64,000 bases of DNA from the human T2T-CHM13v2.0 reference genome, Homo sapiens: NCBI RefSeq assembly GCF_009914755.1, contig NC_060937.1. One strand, 5' to 3'. Below are positions 30,701-47,958 of the stretch, one piece after another. Under the pieces are notes generated by a model. It searched no databases and was not told the DNA's origin. It worked only from the letters and a program-made list of their open reading frames with translations. Numbering within the stretch: position 1 is the first letter of the stretch; every line of letters starts with the position of its first letter. The position numbers and the translations under genes were made by a program.

Positions 30701-31512
30701 TAATATATCAAAGTACAGCAAATATATATTATATACTGTACATAAAATAACAAAGTAACAAAAATATGTATTATATACTGTACATAAAATATGAAAGTAA
30801 CCAAATATTTGTAATAAACTGTATATAAAATATCAAAGTACTCAAACTACATATTATATACAGTATATAAAATATCAAAGTACCCAAACTATATATTATA
30901 TACTATACATACTATATAAAAGTACCCAAATATATAGCATACTGTACATAAAATATCAAAGTACCCAAAATATATATTGTATACTGTACATAAAATATGA
31001 AGGTACATCAAAGATATATTATATCCTGTATATAAAATATCAAAGTACACCAAATATATATTATATGCTATACATAATATATTAAAGTCGACCAAATATA
31101 TATTATATACTGTACATAAAATATGAAGGTACCTCAAATATATATTATGTGCTGCACATAAAATATCAAAGTACCCAAAGTATGTATTATATACTGTACA
31201 TAAAATATCAAAGTACCCAAAGTATATATTATATACTGTACATAAAATATAAAATACCCCAAATATATATTATATGCTGTACATAAAATATCAAAGTACA
31301 CAAATATGTATTATGTACTGTACATACAATATAAAGTACCCAAAATATATACTATATACTGTACATAAAATATCAAAATACCCAAAATATATATTATATA
31401 CTGTACATAAAATACCAAAGTACCCAAAGTATATATTATATACTGTATAAAAAATATCAAAGTAGCCAAAATATGTATTATACACTGTACATAATATATG
31501 AAAGTACCCAAA
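27750..31512. repeat. Expanded HOR unit, 3763 bp, with a hybrid 752-bp block at 30054-30805
   Basis: Landmarks at 27750, 28000, 28419, 29008, 29593, 30054, 30806, 31513 (250, 419, 589, 585, 461, 752, 707). Confidence 0.8.
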
Positions 31513-34500
31513 CATTTATAATAAACTGTACATAAAATATCAATGTACTCAAATTATATATTATGTGCGGTACTTAAGATATCAAAGTACCCATACTATA
31601 TAGTATGTACTGTACTTAAAATATCAAAATACCCAAAATATATATTATATACGTTACATAAACTATCAAATACACAAAGTATGTATTACATACTGTACAT
31701 AAAATAGCAAAGTTCCCAAAATATGTATTATATACTGTACATAAAATATGAAAGTAACCAACCATTTATAATAAACTCTACATAAAATACCAAAGTACCC
31801 AAACTGTGTATTATATACTCTCCATAAAATATCAAAGTACCCAAAATATATATTGTCAACTGTACATAAAATATCAAAGTAGCCAAAATATATATAGTAT
31901 ACCGTACATAAAATATAAAAGTACCCCAAATATGTATTATATACTGTACATAAAATATCAAAGTACCGATAATACATATTATATAGTGTACATAAAATAT
32001 CAGAGGACCCAAAATAAACATTATATACTGTACATAAAATATCCAAATACTCAAAATATATATTACATACTGTACATAAAATATCAAAGTACCCAAATTA
32101 TGTATTATATACTGTACATAAAATATCAGAGTACCCAAAATATGCATTATATACTGTACATAAAATATGAAAGTAACAAAACATTTATAATAAACTGTAC
32201 ATAAAATATCAAAGTACTCAAACTATATATCATATACTGTACATAAAATATCAAAGTACCCAAACTGTGTATTATTATATACTGTATATAAAATATCAAA
32301 GTACCTGAAATATATACTGTATACTGTACATAAAATATCAAAGTACCCAAAATATATACTATATACTGTACATAAAATATGAAGGTACATCAAATATATA
32401 TTATATCCTGTACATAAAATATCAAAGTACACCTATTATATATTGTGTACTGTACATAATATATTAAATCGCCCAAATATATATTGTATACTGTATATAA
32501 AATATGAAGGTACTTCAAATATATATTATATGCTGCACATAAAATATCAAAGTACCCAAAGTATGCATTACATACTGTACATAAAATATCAAAGTACACA
32601 TATTATCTATTATATAATGTACATAAAATATGAAGGTTCATCAAATATATATTATATTCTGTACATAATATATCAAAGTACATCAAATATATATTATATA
32701 CTGTACATAAAATATCAAAGTACCAAAAATATGTATTATATACTGTACATAAAACATGAAAGTAACCAAACATTTATAATAAACTGTACTTAAAATATCA
32801 AAGTACTCAATCTACATATTATATACAGTATATAAAATATCAAAGTACACAAACTGTATATTATATACTGTACATAATATATCAAAGTACCCAGAATATA
32901 TAGCATACTGTACTTAAAATATCAAAGTACCCAAAATATATATTGTATACTGTACATAAAATATGAAGGTACATCAAAGATATATTATATTCTGTACATA
33001 AAATATCAAAGTACACCAAATATATATTATATGCTGTACATAATATATTAAAGTTGCCCATATATACATTATATACTGTACATAAAATATGAACGTACAT
33101 CAAATATATAGTATATGCTGCACATAAAATATCAAAGTACCCAAAGTATGTATTATACACTGTACATAAAATATCAAAGTACCAAAAGTATATATTACAT
33201 ACTGTAAATAAAATATGAAGGTACCTCAAATATATATTATATTCTGTACATGAAATATCAAAGTACACCAAGTATATACTATATACTCTACATAAAATAT
33301 TAAATTACCCAAAATATGTATTGTATTGTGTACATAAAATATGAAAGTAACCAAACATTTATAATAAACTGTACATAAAATATCAAAGTACTCAAACTTT
33401 ATATTATATACTGTACATAAAGTATCAAAGTACCCAAACTGTGTAGTATATACTGTACATAAAATATCAAGGTACCCAAAATGTATATTGTAAACTGTAG
33501 ATAAAATATCAAAGTACCCAAAATATATATTATATACTGTACATAAAATATGAAGGCACATCCAATATATATTATATTCTGTACATAAAATATCAAAGTA
33601 CACCAAATGTATATTATATACTGTACATAAAATAAAAAACTACCCCAAATATATATTATATACTCTACATAAAATATCAAAGTACACAAAATATATATTA
33701 TATACTGTACATAATATATCAAAGTACCCATAGTATGTATTATATCCTGTACATAAAATATGAAAGTACGTCAATATATATTCTATTCTGCACATAAAAT
33801 ATCATATTGCACCAAATATATATTGTATACTGTATATAAAATATGAAGGTACTTCAAATATATATTATATGCTGCACATAAAATATCAAAGTACCCAAAG
33901 TATGCATTATATACTGTACATAAAATATCAAAGTACCCAAAGTGTATATTATATACTGTACATAAAATATGAAGGTTCATCAAATATATTTTATATTCTG
34001 CACATAATATATCAAAGTACAGCAAATATATATTATATACTGTACATAAAATAACAAAGTAACAAAAATATGTATTATATACTGTACATAAAATATGAAA
34101 GTAACCAAATATTTATAATAAACTGTATATAAAATATCAAAGTACTCAAACTACATATTATATACAGTATATAAAATATCAAAGTACCCAAACTATATAT
34201 TATATACTGTACATACTATATCAAAGTACCCGAATATAGAGCATACTGTACATAAAATATCAAATTACCCAAAATATATATTGTATACTGTACATAAAAT
34301 ATGAAGGTACATCAAAGATATATTATATTCTGTACATAAAATATCAAAGTACACCAAATATATATTATATGCTGTACAGAATATATTAAAGTCGACCAAA
34401 TGTATATTATATAGTGTACATAAAATATGAAGGTACATCAAATATATATTATATGCTGCACATAAAATATCAAAGTACCCAAAGTATGTGTTATATACTG

Positions 34501-34818
34501 TACATAAAATATCAAAGTACCCAAAGTATATATTATATACTGTACATAAAATATAAAATACCCCAAATATATATTATATGCTGTACATAAAATATCAAAG
34601 TACACAAAATATGCATTATGTACTGTACATAAATTATCAAAGGACCCAAAATATATATTATATAGTGTACATAAAATATCAAAATACCCAAAATATATAT
34701 TATATACTGTACATAAAATACCAAAGTACCCAAAGTATATATTATATACTGTATAAAAAATATCAAAGTAGCCAAAATATGTATTATACACTGTACATAA
34801 TATATGAAAGTACCCAAA
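31513..34818. repeat. Long HOR unit, 3306 bp
   Basis: Same block order with the 294-bp cassette (CATATTGCACC at ~33803); 1-bp deletion at ~33773 (GTACGTCAATAT). Confidence 0.85.
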
Positions 34819-37800
34819 CATTTATAATAAACTGTACATAAAATATCAGTGTACTCAAATTATATATTATGTGCGGTACTTAAGATATCAAAGTACCCAT
34901 ACTATATAGTATGTACTGTACTTAAAATATCAAAATACCCAAAATATATATTATATACGTTACATAAACTATCAAATACACAAAGTATGTATTACATACT
35001 GTACATAAAATAGCAAAGTTCCCAAAATATGTATTATATACTGTACATAAAATATGAAAGTAACCAACCATTTATAATAAACTCTACATAAAATACCAAA
35101 GTACCCAAACTGTGTATTATATACTCTCCATAAAATATCAAAGTACCCAAAATATATATTGTCAACTGTACATAAAATATCAAAGTAGCCAAATTATATA
35201 TAGTATACCGTACATAAAATATAAAAGTACCCCAAATATGTATTATATACTGTACATAAAATATCAAAGTACCGATAATACATATTATATAGTGTACATA
35301 AAATATCAGAGGACCCAAAATAAACATTATATACTGTACATAAAATATCCAAATACTCAAAATATATATTACATACTGTACATAAAATATCAAAGTACCC
35401 AAATTATGTATTATATACTGTACATAAAATATCAGAGTACCCAAAATATGCATTATATACTGTACATAAAATATGAAAGTAACAAAACATTTATAATAAA
35501 CTGTACATAAAATATCAAAGTACTCAAACTATATATCATATACTGTACATAAAATATCAAAGTACCCAAACTGTGTATTATTATATACTGTATATAAAAT
35601 ATCAAAGTACCTGAAATATATACTGTATACTGTACATAAAATATCAAAGTACCCAAAATATATACTATATACTGTACATAAAATATGAAGGTACATCAAA
35701 TATATATTATATCCTGTACATAAAATATCAAAGTACACCTATTATATATTGTGTACTGTACATAATATATTAAATCGCCCAAATATATATTGTATACTGT
35801 ATATAAAATATGAAGGTACTTCAAATATATATTATATGCTGCACATAAAATATCAAAGTACCCAAAGTATGCATTACATACTGTACATAAAATATCAAAG
35901 TACACATATTATCTATTATATAATGTACATAAAATATGAAGGTTCATCAAATATATATTATATTCTGTACATAATATATCAAAGTACATCAAATATATAT
36001 TATATACTGTACATAAAATATCAAAGTACCAAAAATATGTATTATATACTGTACATAAAACATGAAAGTAACCAAACATTTATAATAAACTGTACTTAAA
36101 ATATCAAAGTACTCAATCTACATATTATATACAGTATATAAAATATCAAAGTACACAAACTGTATATTATATACTGTACATAATATATCAAAGTACCCAG
36201 AATATATAGCATACTGTACTTAAAATATCAAAGTACCCAAAATATATATTGTATACTGTACATAAAATATGAAGGTACATCAAAGATATATTATATTCTG
36301 TACATAAAATATCAAAGTACACCAAATATATATTATATGCTGTACATAATATATTAAAGTTGCCCATATATACATTATATACTGTACATAAAATATGAAC
36401 GTACATCAAATATATAGTATATGCTGCACATAAAATATCAAAGTACCCAAAGTATGTATTATACACTGTACATAAAATATCAAAGTACCAAAAGTATATA
36501 TTACATACTGTAAATAAAATATGAAGGTACCTCAAATATATATTATATTCTGTACATAAAATATCAAAGTACACCAAGTATATACTATATACTCTGCATA
36601 AAATATTAAATTACCCAAAATATGTATTGCATTGTGTACATAAAATATGAAAGTAACCAAACATTTATAATAAACTGTACATAAAATATCAAAGTACTCA
36701 AACTGTATATTATATACTGTACATAAAGTATCAAAGTACCCAAACTGTGTAGTATATACTGTACATAAAATATCAAGGTACCCAAAATATATATTGTAAA
36801 CTGTAGATAAAATATCAAAGTAACCAAAATATATATTATATACTGTACATAAAATATGAAGGCACATCCAATATATATTATATTCTGTACATAAAATATC
36901 AAAGTACACCAAATGTATATTATATACTGTACATAAAATATCAAAGTACCCAAAGTGTATATTATATACTGTACATAAAATATGAAGATTCATCAAATAT
37001 ATTTTATATTCTGCACATAATATATCAAAGTACAGCAAATATATATTATATACTGTACATAAAATATCAAAGTACCCAAAATATGTATTATATACTGTAC
37101 ATAAAATATGAAAGTAACCAAACATTTATAATAAACTGTACATAAAGTATCAAAGTACTCAAACTACATATTATATACAGTATATAAAATGTCAAAGTAC
37201 CCAAACTGTATATTATATACTGTACATAATATATCAAAGTACCTGAATATATAGCATACTGTACATAAAATATCAAAGTACCCAAAGTGTGTATTATACA
37301 CTGCACATAAAATATGAAGGTACATAAAATATATATTGTATTCTGTACATAAAATATCAAAGTACTCCAAATATATATTATATGCTGTACATAATATATT
37401 AAAGTCGCCCAAATATATATTATATACTGTACATAAAATATGAAGGTACATCAAATATATATTATATGCTGCACATAAAATATCAAAGTACCCAAAGTAT
37501 GTGTTATATACTGTACATAAAATATCAAAGTACCCAAAGTATATATTATATACTGTACATAAAATATAAAATACCCCAAATATATATTATATGCTGTACA
37601 TAAAATATCAAAGTACACAAAATATGTATTATATACTGTACATAAAATACCAAAGGACCCAAAATATATATTATATACTGTACATAAAATATCAAAATAC
37701 CCAAAATATATATTATATACTGTACATAAAATACCAAAGTACCCAAAGTATATATTATATACCATACAAAAAATATCAAAGTAGCCAAAATATGTATTAT

Positions 37801-40800
37801 ACACTGTACATAATATATGAAAGTACCCAAACATTTATAATAAACTGTACATAAAATATCAATGTACTCAAACTATATATTATGTGCGGTACATAAGATA
37901 TCAAATTACCCATACTATATAGTATATACTGCACTTAAAATATCAAAATACCCAAAATATATATTATATACGTTACATAAACTATCAAATACACAAAGTA
38001 TGTATTATATACTGTACATAAAATAGCAAAGTTCCCAAAATATGTATTATATACTGTACATAAAATATGAAAGTACCCAACCATTTATAATAAACTCTAC
38101 ATAAAATACCAAAGTACCCAAACTGTGTATTATATACTGTCCATAAAATATCAAAGTACCCAAAATATATATTGTAAACTGTACATAAAATATCAAAGTA
38201 GCCAAAATACATATTGTATACTGTACATAAAATATGAAAGTACCCCAAATATGTATTATATACTGTACATAAAATATCAAAGTACCCATAATACATATTA
38301 TATACTGTACATAAAATATCAAAGGACCCAAAATAAACATTATATACTGTACATAAAATATCCAAATACTCAAAATATATATTACGTACTGTACATAAAA
38401 TATCAAAGTACCCAAATTATGTATTATATACTGTACGTAAAATATCAGAGTACCCAAAATATGCATTATATACTGTACATAAAATATGAAAGTAACAATA
38501 CATTTATAATAAACTGTACATAAAATATCAAAGTACTCAAACTATATATCATATACTGTACATAAAATATCAAAGTACCCAAACTGTGTATTATTATATA
38601 CTGTATATAAAATATCAAAGTACCTGAAATATATACTGTATACTGTACATAAAATATCAAAGTACCCAAAATATATACTATATACTGTACATAAAATATG
38701 AAGGTACATCAAATATATATTATATCCTGTACATAAAATATCAAAGTACACCTATCATATATTGTGTACTGTACATAATATATTAAATCGCCCAAATATA
38801 TATTGTATACTGTATATAAAATATGAAGGTACTTCAAATATATATTATATGCTGCACATAAAATATCAAAGTACCCAAAGTATGCATTAAACACTGTACA
38901 TAAAATATCAAAGTACACATATTATCTATTATATAATGTACATAAAATATGAAGGTTCATCAAATATATATTATATTCTGTACATAATATATCAAAGTAC
39001 ATCAAATATATATTATATACTGTACATAAAATATCAAAGTACCAAAAATATGTATTATATACTGTACATAAAACATGAAAGTAACCAAACATTTATAATA
39101 AACTGTACATAAAATATCAAAGTACTCAATCTACATATTATATACAGTATATAAAATATCAAAGTACACAAACTGTATATTATATACTGTACATAATATA
39201 TCAAAGTACCCAGAATATATAGCATACTGTACATAAAATATCAAAGTACCCAAAATGTATATTGTATACTGTACATAAAATATGAAGGTACATCAAAGAT
39301 ATATTATATTCTGTACATAAAATATCAAAGTACACCAAATATATATTATATGCTGTACATAATATATTAAAGTTGCCCATATATACATTATATACTGTAC
39401 ATAAAATATGAACGTACATCAAATATATAGTATATGCTGCACATAAAATATCAAAGTACCCAAAGTATGTATTATACACTGTACATAAAATATCAAAGTA
39501 CCAAAAGTATATATTACATACTGTAAATAAAATATGAAGGTACCTCAAATATATATTATATTCTGTACATAAAATATCAAAGTACACCAAGTATATACTA
39601 TATACTCTGCATAAAATATTAAATTACCCAAAATATGTATTGCATTGTGTACATAAAATATGAAAGTAACCAAACATTTATAATAAACTGTACATAAAAT
39701 ATCAAAGTACTCAAACTGTATATTATATACTCTACATAAAGTATCAAAGTACCCAAACTGTGTAGTATATACTGTACATAAAATATCAAGGTACCCAAAA
39801 TATATATTGTAAACTGTAGATAAAATATCAAAGTACCCAAAATATATATTATATACTGTACATGAAATATGAAGGCCCCTCCAATATATATTATACTCTG
39901 TACATAAAATATCAAAGTACACCAAATGTATATTATATACTGTACATAAAATATCAAAGTACCCAAAGTGTATATTATATACTGTACATAAACTATGAAG
40001 GTTCATCAAATATATTTTATATTCTGCACATAATATATCAAAGTACAGCAAATATATATTATATACTGTACATAAAATATCAAAGTACCCAAATTATGTA
40101 TTATATACTGTACATAAAATATGAAAGTAAGCAAACATTTATAATAAACTGTACATAAAGTATCAAAGTACTCAAACTACATATTATATACAGTATATAA
40201 AATATCAAAGTACCCAAACTGTATATTATATAATGTACATAATATATCAAAGTACCCGAATATATAGCATACTCTACATAAAATATCAAAGTACCCAAAG
40301 TTTGTATTATACACTGCACATAAAATATGGAGGTACATCAAAGATATATTATATTCTGTACATAAAATATCAAAGTACACCAAATATATGTTATATGCTG
40401 TACATAATATATTAAAGTCGACCAAATATATATTATATACTGTACATAAAATATGAAGGTACATCAAATATATATTATATGCTGCACATAAAATATCAAA
40501 GTACCCAAAGTATGTGTTATATACTGTACATAAAATATCAAAGTACCCAAAGTATATATTATATACTGTACATAAAATATAAAATACCCCAAATATATAT
40601 TATATGCTCTACATAAAATATCAAAGTACACAAAATATGTATTATATACTGTACATAAAATACCAAAGGACCCAAAATATATATTATATACCGTACATAA
40701 AATATCAAAATACCCAAAATATATATTATATACTGTACATAAAATACCAAAGTACCCAAAGTATATATTATATACCGTACAAAAAATATCAAAGTAGCCA

Positions 40801-40844
40801 AAATATGTATTATACACTGTACATAATATATGAAAGTACCCAAA
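34819..40844. repeat. Two tandem short HOR units (2 x 3013 bp; boundary at 37832)
   Basis: 87-aa pseudo-ORF ends at 34841, 37854 and 40867 (3013-bp spacing); no 294-bp cassette. Confidence 0.9.
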
Positions 40845-43800
40845 CATTTATAATAAACTGTACATAAAATATCAATGTACTCAAACTATATATTATGTGC
40901 GGTACATAAGATATCAAAGTACCCATACTATATAGTATATACTGTACTTAAAATATCAAAATACCCAAAATATATATTATATACGTTACATAAACTATCA
41001 AATACCCAAAGTATGTATTATATACTGTACATAAAATAGCAAAGTTCCCAAAATATGTATTATATACTGTACATAAAATATGAAAGTACCCAACCATTTA
41101 TAATAAAGTCTACATAAAATACCAAAGTACCCAAACTGTGTATTATATACTGTCCATAAAATATCAAAGGACCCAAAATATATATTGTAAACTCTACATA
41201 AAATATCAAAGTAGCCAAAATACATATTGTATACTGTACATAAAATATAAAAGTACCCCAAATATATATTATATACTGTACATAAAATATCAAAGTACCC
41301 ATAATACATATTATACACTGTACATAAAATATCAAAGGACCCAAAATAAACATTATATACTGTACATAAAATATCCAAATACTCAAAATATATATTACAT
41401 ACTGTACATAAAATATCAAAGTACCCAAATTATGTATTATACACTGTACGTAAAATATCAGAGTACCCAAAATATGCATTATATACTGTACATAAAATAT
41501 GAAAGTAACAAAACATTTATAATAAACTGTACATAAAATATCAAAGTACTCAAACTATATATCATATACTGTACATAAAATATCAAAGTACCCAAACTGT
41601 GTATTATTATATACTGTATATAAAATATCAAAGTACCTGAAATATATACTGTATACTGTACATAAAATATCAAAGTACCCAAAATATATACTATATACTG
41701 TACATAAAATATGAAGGTACATCAAATATATATTATATCCTGTACATAAAATATCAAAGTACACCTATTATATATTGTGTACTGTACATAATATATTAAA
41801 TCGCCCAAATATATATTGTATACTGTATATAAAATATGAAGGTACTTCAAATATATATTATATGCTGCACATAAAATATCAAAGTACCCAAAGTATGCAT
41901 TACATACTGTACATAAAATATCAAAGTACACATATTATCTATTATATAATGTACATAAAATATGAAGGTTCATCAAATATATATTATATTCTGTACATAA
42001 TATATCAAAGTACATCAAATATATATTATATACTGTACATAAAATATCAAAGTACCAAAAATATGTATTATATACTGTACATAAAACATGAAAGTAACCA
42101 AACATTTATAATAAACTGTACATAAAATATCAAAGTACTCAATCTACATATTATATACAGTATATAAAATATCAAAGTACACAAACTGTATATTATATAC
42201 GGTACATAATATATCAAAGTACCCAGAATATATAGCATACTGTAAATAAAATATCAAAGTACCCAAAATATATATTGTATACTGTACATAAAATATGAAG
42301 GTACATCAAAGATATATTATATTCTGTACATAAAATATCAAACTACACCAAATATATATTATATGCTGTACATAATATATTAAAGTTGCCCATATATACA
42401 TTATATACTGTACATAAAATATGAACGTACATCAAATATATAGTATATGCTGCACATAAAATATCAAAGTACCCAAAATATATACTATATACTGTACATA
42501 AAATATGAAGGTACATCAAATATATATTATATCCTGTACATAAAATATCAAAGTACACCTATTATATATTGTGTACTGCGCATAATATATTAAATCGCCC
42601 AAATATATATTGTATACTGTATATAAAATATGAAGGTACTTCAAATATATATTATATGCTGCACATAAAATATCAAAGTACCCAAAGTATGCATTACATA
42701 CTGTACATAAAATATCAAATTACAAAAATTATATATTATATTCTGTACATAAAATATGTAGGTTCTTCAAATATATTTTATATTCTGTACATAATATATC
42801 AAAGTACATCAAATATATATTATATACTGTACATAAAATATCAAAGTACCCAAAATATGTATTAATTACTGTGCATAAAATATGAAAGTAACCAAACATT
42901 TATAATAAACTGTACATAAAATATCAAACTACTCAATCTACATATTATATACAGTATATAAAATATCAAAGTACACAAACTGTATATTATATACTGTACA
43001 TAATATATCAAAGTACCCAGAATATATAGCATACTGTACATACAATATCAAAGTACCCAGAATGTATATTGTATTCTGTACATAAAATATGAATGTACAT
43101 CAAAGATATATTATATTCTGTACATAAAATATCAAAGTACACCAAATATATATTATATGCTGTACATAATATATTAAAGTTGCCCATGCATACATTTTAT
43201 ACTGTACATAAAATATGAAGGTACATCAAATATATAGTATATGCTGCACATAAAATATCAAAGTACCCAAAGTATGTATTATATACTGTACATAAAATAT
43301 CAAAGTACCAAAAGTATATATTACCTACTGTAAATACAATATGAAGATACCTCAAATATATATTATATTCTGTACATGAAATATCAAAGTACACCAAGTA
43401 TATACTATATACTCTACATAAAATATTAAATTACCCAAAATATGTATTGTATTGTGTACATAAAATATGAAAGTAACCAAACATTTATAATAAACTGTAC
43501 ATAAAATATCAAAGTACTCAAACTTTATATTATATACTGTACATAAAGTATCAAAGTACCCAAACTGTGTAGTATATACTGTACATAAAATATCAAGGTA
43601 CCCAAAATGTATATTGTAAACTGTAGATAAAATATCAAAGTACCCAAAATATATATTATATACTGTACATAAAATATGAAGGCTCATCCAATATATATTA
43701 TATTCTGTACATAAAATATCAAAGTACACCAAATGTATATTATATACTGTACATAAAATATAAAACTACGCCAAATATATCTTATATACTCTACATAAAA

Positions 43801-44945
43801 TATCAAAGTACCCAAAATATATATTATATACTGTACATAAAATATCAAAGTACCCATAGTATGTATTATATCCTGTACGTAAAATATGAAGGTACATCAA
43901 ATATATATTCTATTCTGCACATAAAATATCATATTGCACCAAATATATATTGTATACTGTATATAAAATATGAAGGTACTTCAAATATATATTATATGCT
44001 GCACATAAAATATCAAAGTACCCAAAGTATGCATTATATACTGTACATAAAATATCAAAGTACCCAAAGTGTATATTATATACTGTACATAAAATATGAA
44101 GGTTCATCAAATATATTTTATATTCTGCACATAATATATCAAAGTACAGCAAATATATATTATATACTGTACATAAAATATCAAAGTACCCAAAATATGT
44201 ATTATATACTGTACATAAAATATGAAAGTAACCAAACATTTATAATAAACTGTACATAAAATATCAAAGTACTCAAACTACATATTATATACAGTATATA
44301 AAATGTCAAAGTACCCAAACTGTATATTATATACTGTACATACTATATCAAAGTACCCAAATATATAGCATACTGTAGATAAAATATCAAAGTACCCAAA
44401 GTGTGTATTATACACTGCACATAAAATATGAAGGTACATCAAAGATATATTATATTCTGTACATAAAATATCAAAGTACACCAAATATATATTATATGCT
44501 GTACAGAATATATTAAAGTCGACCAAATATATATTATATACTGTACATAAAATATGAAGGTACATCAAATATATATTATATGCTGCACATAAAATATCAA
44601 AGTACCCAAAGTATGTATTATATACTGTACATAAAATATCAAAGTACCCAAAGTATATATTATATACTGTACATAAAATATAAAATACCCCAAATATATA
44701 TTATATGCTGTACATAAAATATCAAAGTACACAAAATATGCATTATGTACTGTACATAAATTATCAAAGGACCCAAAATATATATTATATAGTGTACATA
44801 AAATATCAAAATACCCAAAATATATATTATATACTGTACATAAAATACCAAAGTACCCAAAGTATATATTATATACTGTATAAAAAATATCAAAGTAGCC
44901 AAAATATGTATTATACACTGTACATAATATATGAAAGTACCCAAA
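40845..44945. repeat. Expanded HOR unit, 4101 bp (3307 + 794-bp back-jump at ~42470)
   Basis: The ACACCTATTATATATTGTG monomer occurs twice, 794 bp apart (pseudo-ORF starts 41775 and 42569). Confidence 0.85.
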
Positions 44946-47900
44946 CATTTATAATAAACTGTACATAAAATATCAGTGTACTCAAATTATATATTATGTG
45001 CGGTACTTAAGATATCAAAGTACCCATACTATATAGTATGTACTGTACTTAAAATATCAAAATACCCAAAATATATATTATATACGTTACATAAACTATC
45101 AAATACACAAAGTATGTATTACATACTGTACATAAAATAGCAAAGTTCCCAAAATATGTATTATATACTGTACATAAAATATGAAAGTAACCAACCATTT
45201 ATAATAAACTCTACATAAAATACCAAAGTACCCAAACTGTGTATTATATACTCTCCATAAAATATCAAAGTACCCAAAATATATATTGTCAACTGTACAT
45301 AAAATATCAAAGTAGCCAAAATATATATAGTATACCGTACATAAAATATAAAAGTACCCCAAATATGTATTATATACTGTACATAAAATATCAAAGTACC
45401 GATAATACATATTATATAGTGTACATAAAATATCAGAGGACCCAAAATAAACATTATATACTGTACATAAAATATCCAAATACTCAAAATATATATTACA
45501 TACTGTACATAAAATATCAAAGTACCCAAATTATGTATTATATACTGTACATAAAATATCAGAGTACCCAAAATATGCATTATATACTGTACATAAAATA
45601 TGAAAGTAACAAAACATTTATAATAAAGTGTACATAAAATATCAAAGTACTCAAACTATATATCATATACTGTACATAAAATATCAAAGTACCCAAACTG
45701 TGTATTATTATATACTGTATATAAAATATCAAAGTACCTGAAATATATACTGTATACTGTACATAAAATATCAAAGTACCCAAAATATATACTATATACT
45801 GTACATAAAATATGAAGGTACATCAAATATATATTATATCCTGTACATAAAATATCAAAGTACACCTATTATATATTGTGTACTGTACATAATATATTAA
45901 ATCGCCCAAATATATATTGTATACTGTATATAAAATATGAAGGTACTTCAAATATATATTATATGCTGCACATAAAATATCAAAGTACCCAAAGTATGCA
46001 TTACATACTGTACATAAAATATCAAAGTACACATATTATCTATTATATAATGTACATAAAATATGAAGGTTCATCAAATATATATTATATTCTGTACATA
46101 ATATATCAAAGTACATCAAATATATATTATATACTGTACATAAAATATCAAAGTACCAAAAATATGTATTATATACTGTACATAAAACATGAAAGTAACC
46201 AAACATTTATAATAAACTGTACTTAAAATATCAAAGTACTCAATCTACATATTATATACAGTATATAAAATATCAAAGTACACAAACTGTATATTATATA
46301 CTGTACATAATATATCAAAGTACCCAGAATATATAGCATACTGTACTTAAAATATCAAAGTACCCAAAATATATATTGTATACTGTACATAAAATATGAA
46401 GGTACATCAAAGATATATTATATTCTGTACATAAAATATCAAAGTACACCAAATATATATTATATGCTGTACATAATATATTAAAGTTGCCCATATATAC
46501 ATTATATACTGTACATAAAATATGAACGTACATCAAATATATAGTATATGCTGCACATAAAATATCAAAGTACCCAAAGTATGTATTATACACTGTACAT
46601 AAAATATCAAAGTACCAAAAGTATATATTACATACTGTAAATAAAATATGAAGGTACCTCAAATATATATTATATTCTGTACATAAAATATCAAAGTACA
46701 CCAAGTATATACTATATACTCTGCATAAAATATTAAATTACCCAAAATATGTATTGCATTGTGTACATAAAATATGAAAGTAACCAAACATTTATAATAA
46801 ACTGTACATAAAATATCAAAGTACTCAAACTGTATATTATATACTGTACATAAAGTATCAAAGTACCCAAACTGTGTAGTATATACTGTACATAAAATAT
46901 CAAGGTACCCAAAATATATATTGTAAACTGTAGATAAAATATCAAAGTAACCAAAATATATATTATATACTGTACATAAAATATGAAGGCACATCCAATA
47001 TATATTATATTCTGTACATAAAATATCAAAGTACACCAAATGTATATTATATACTGTACATAAAATATCAAAGTACCCAAAGTGTATATTATATACTGTA
47101 CATAAAATATGAAGATTCATCAAATATATTTTATATTCTGCACATAATATATCAAAGTACAGCAAATATATATTATATACTGTACATAAAATATCAAAGT
47201 ACCCAAAATATGTATTATATACTGTACATAAAATATGAAAGTAACCAAACATTTATAATAAACTGTACATAAAGTATCAAAGTACTCAAACTACATATTA
47301 TATACAGTATATAAAATGTCAAAGTACCCAAACTGTATATTATATACTGTACATAATATATCAAAGTACCTGAATATATAGCATACTGTACATAAAATAT
47401 CAAAGTACCCAAAGTGTGTATTATACACTGCACATAAAATATGAAGGTACATAAAATATATATTGTATTCTGTACATAAAATATCAAAGTACTCCAAATA
47501 TATATTATATGCTGTACATAATATATTAAAGTCGCCCAAATATATATTATATACTGTACATAAAATATGAAGGTACATCAAATATATATTATATGCTGCA
47601 CATAAAATATCAAAGTACCCAAAGTATGTGTTATATACTGTACATAAAATATCAAAGTACCCAAAGTATATATTATATACTGTACATAAAATATAAAATA
47701 CCCCAAATATATATTATATGCTGTACATAAAATATCAAAGTACACAAAATATGTATTATATACTGTACATAAAATACCAAAGGACCCAAAATATATATTA
47801 TATACTGTACATAAAATATCAAAATACCCAAAATATATATTATATACTGTACATAAAATACCAAAGTACCCAAAGTATATATTATATACCGTACAAAAAA

Positions 47901-47958
47901 TATCAAAGTAGCCAAAATATGTATTATACACTGTACATAATATATGAAAGTACCCAAA
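44946..47958. repeat. Short HOR unit, 3013 bp; near-identical copy of 34819-37831
   Basis: Pseudo-ORFs are offset by exactly 10127 bp with almost identical translations. Confidence 0.9.
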
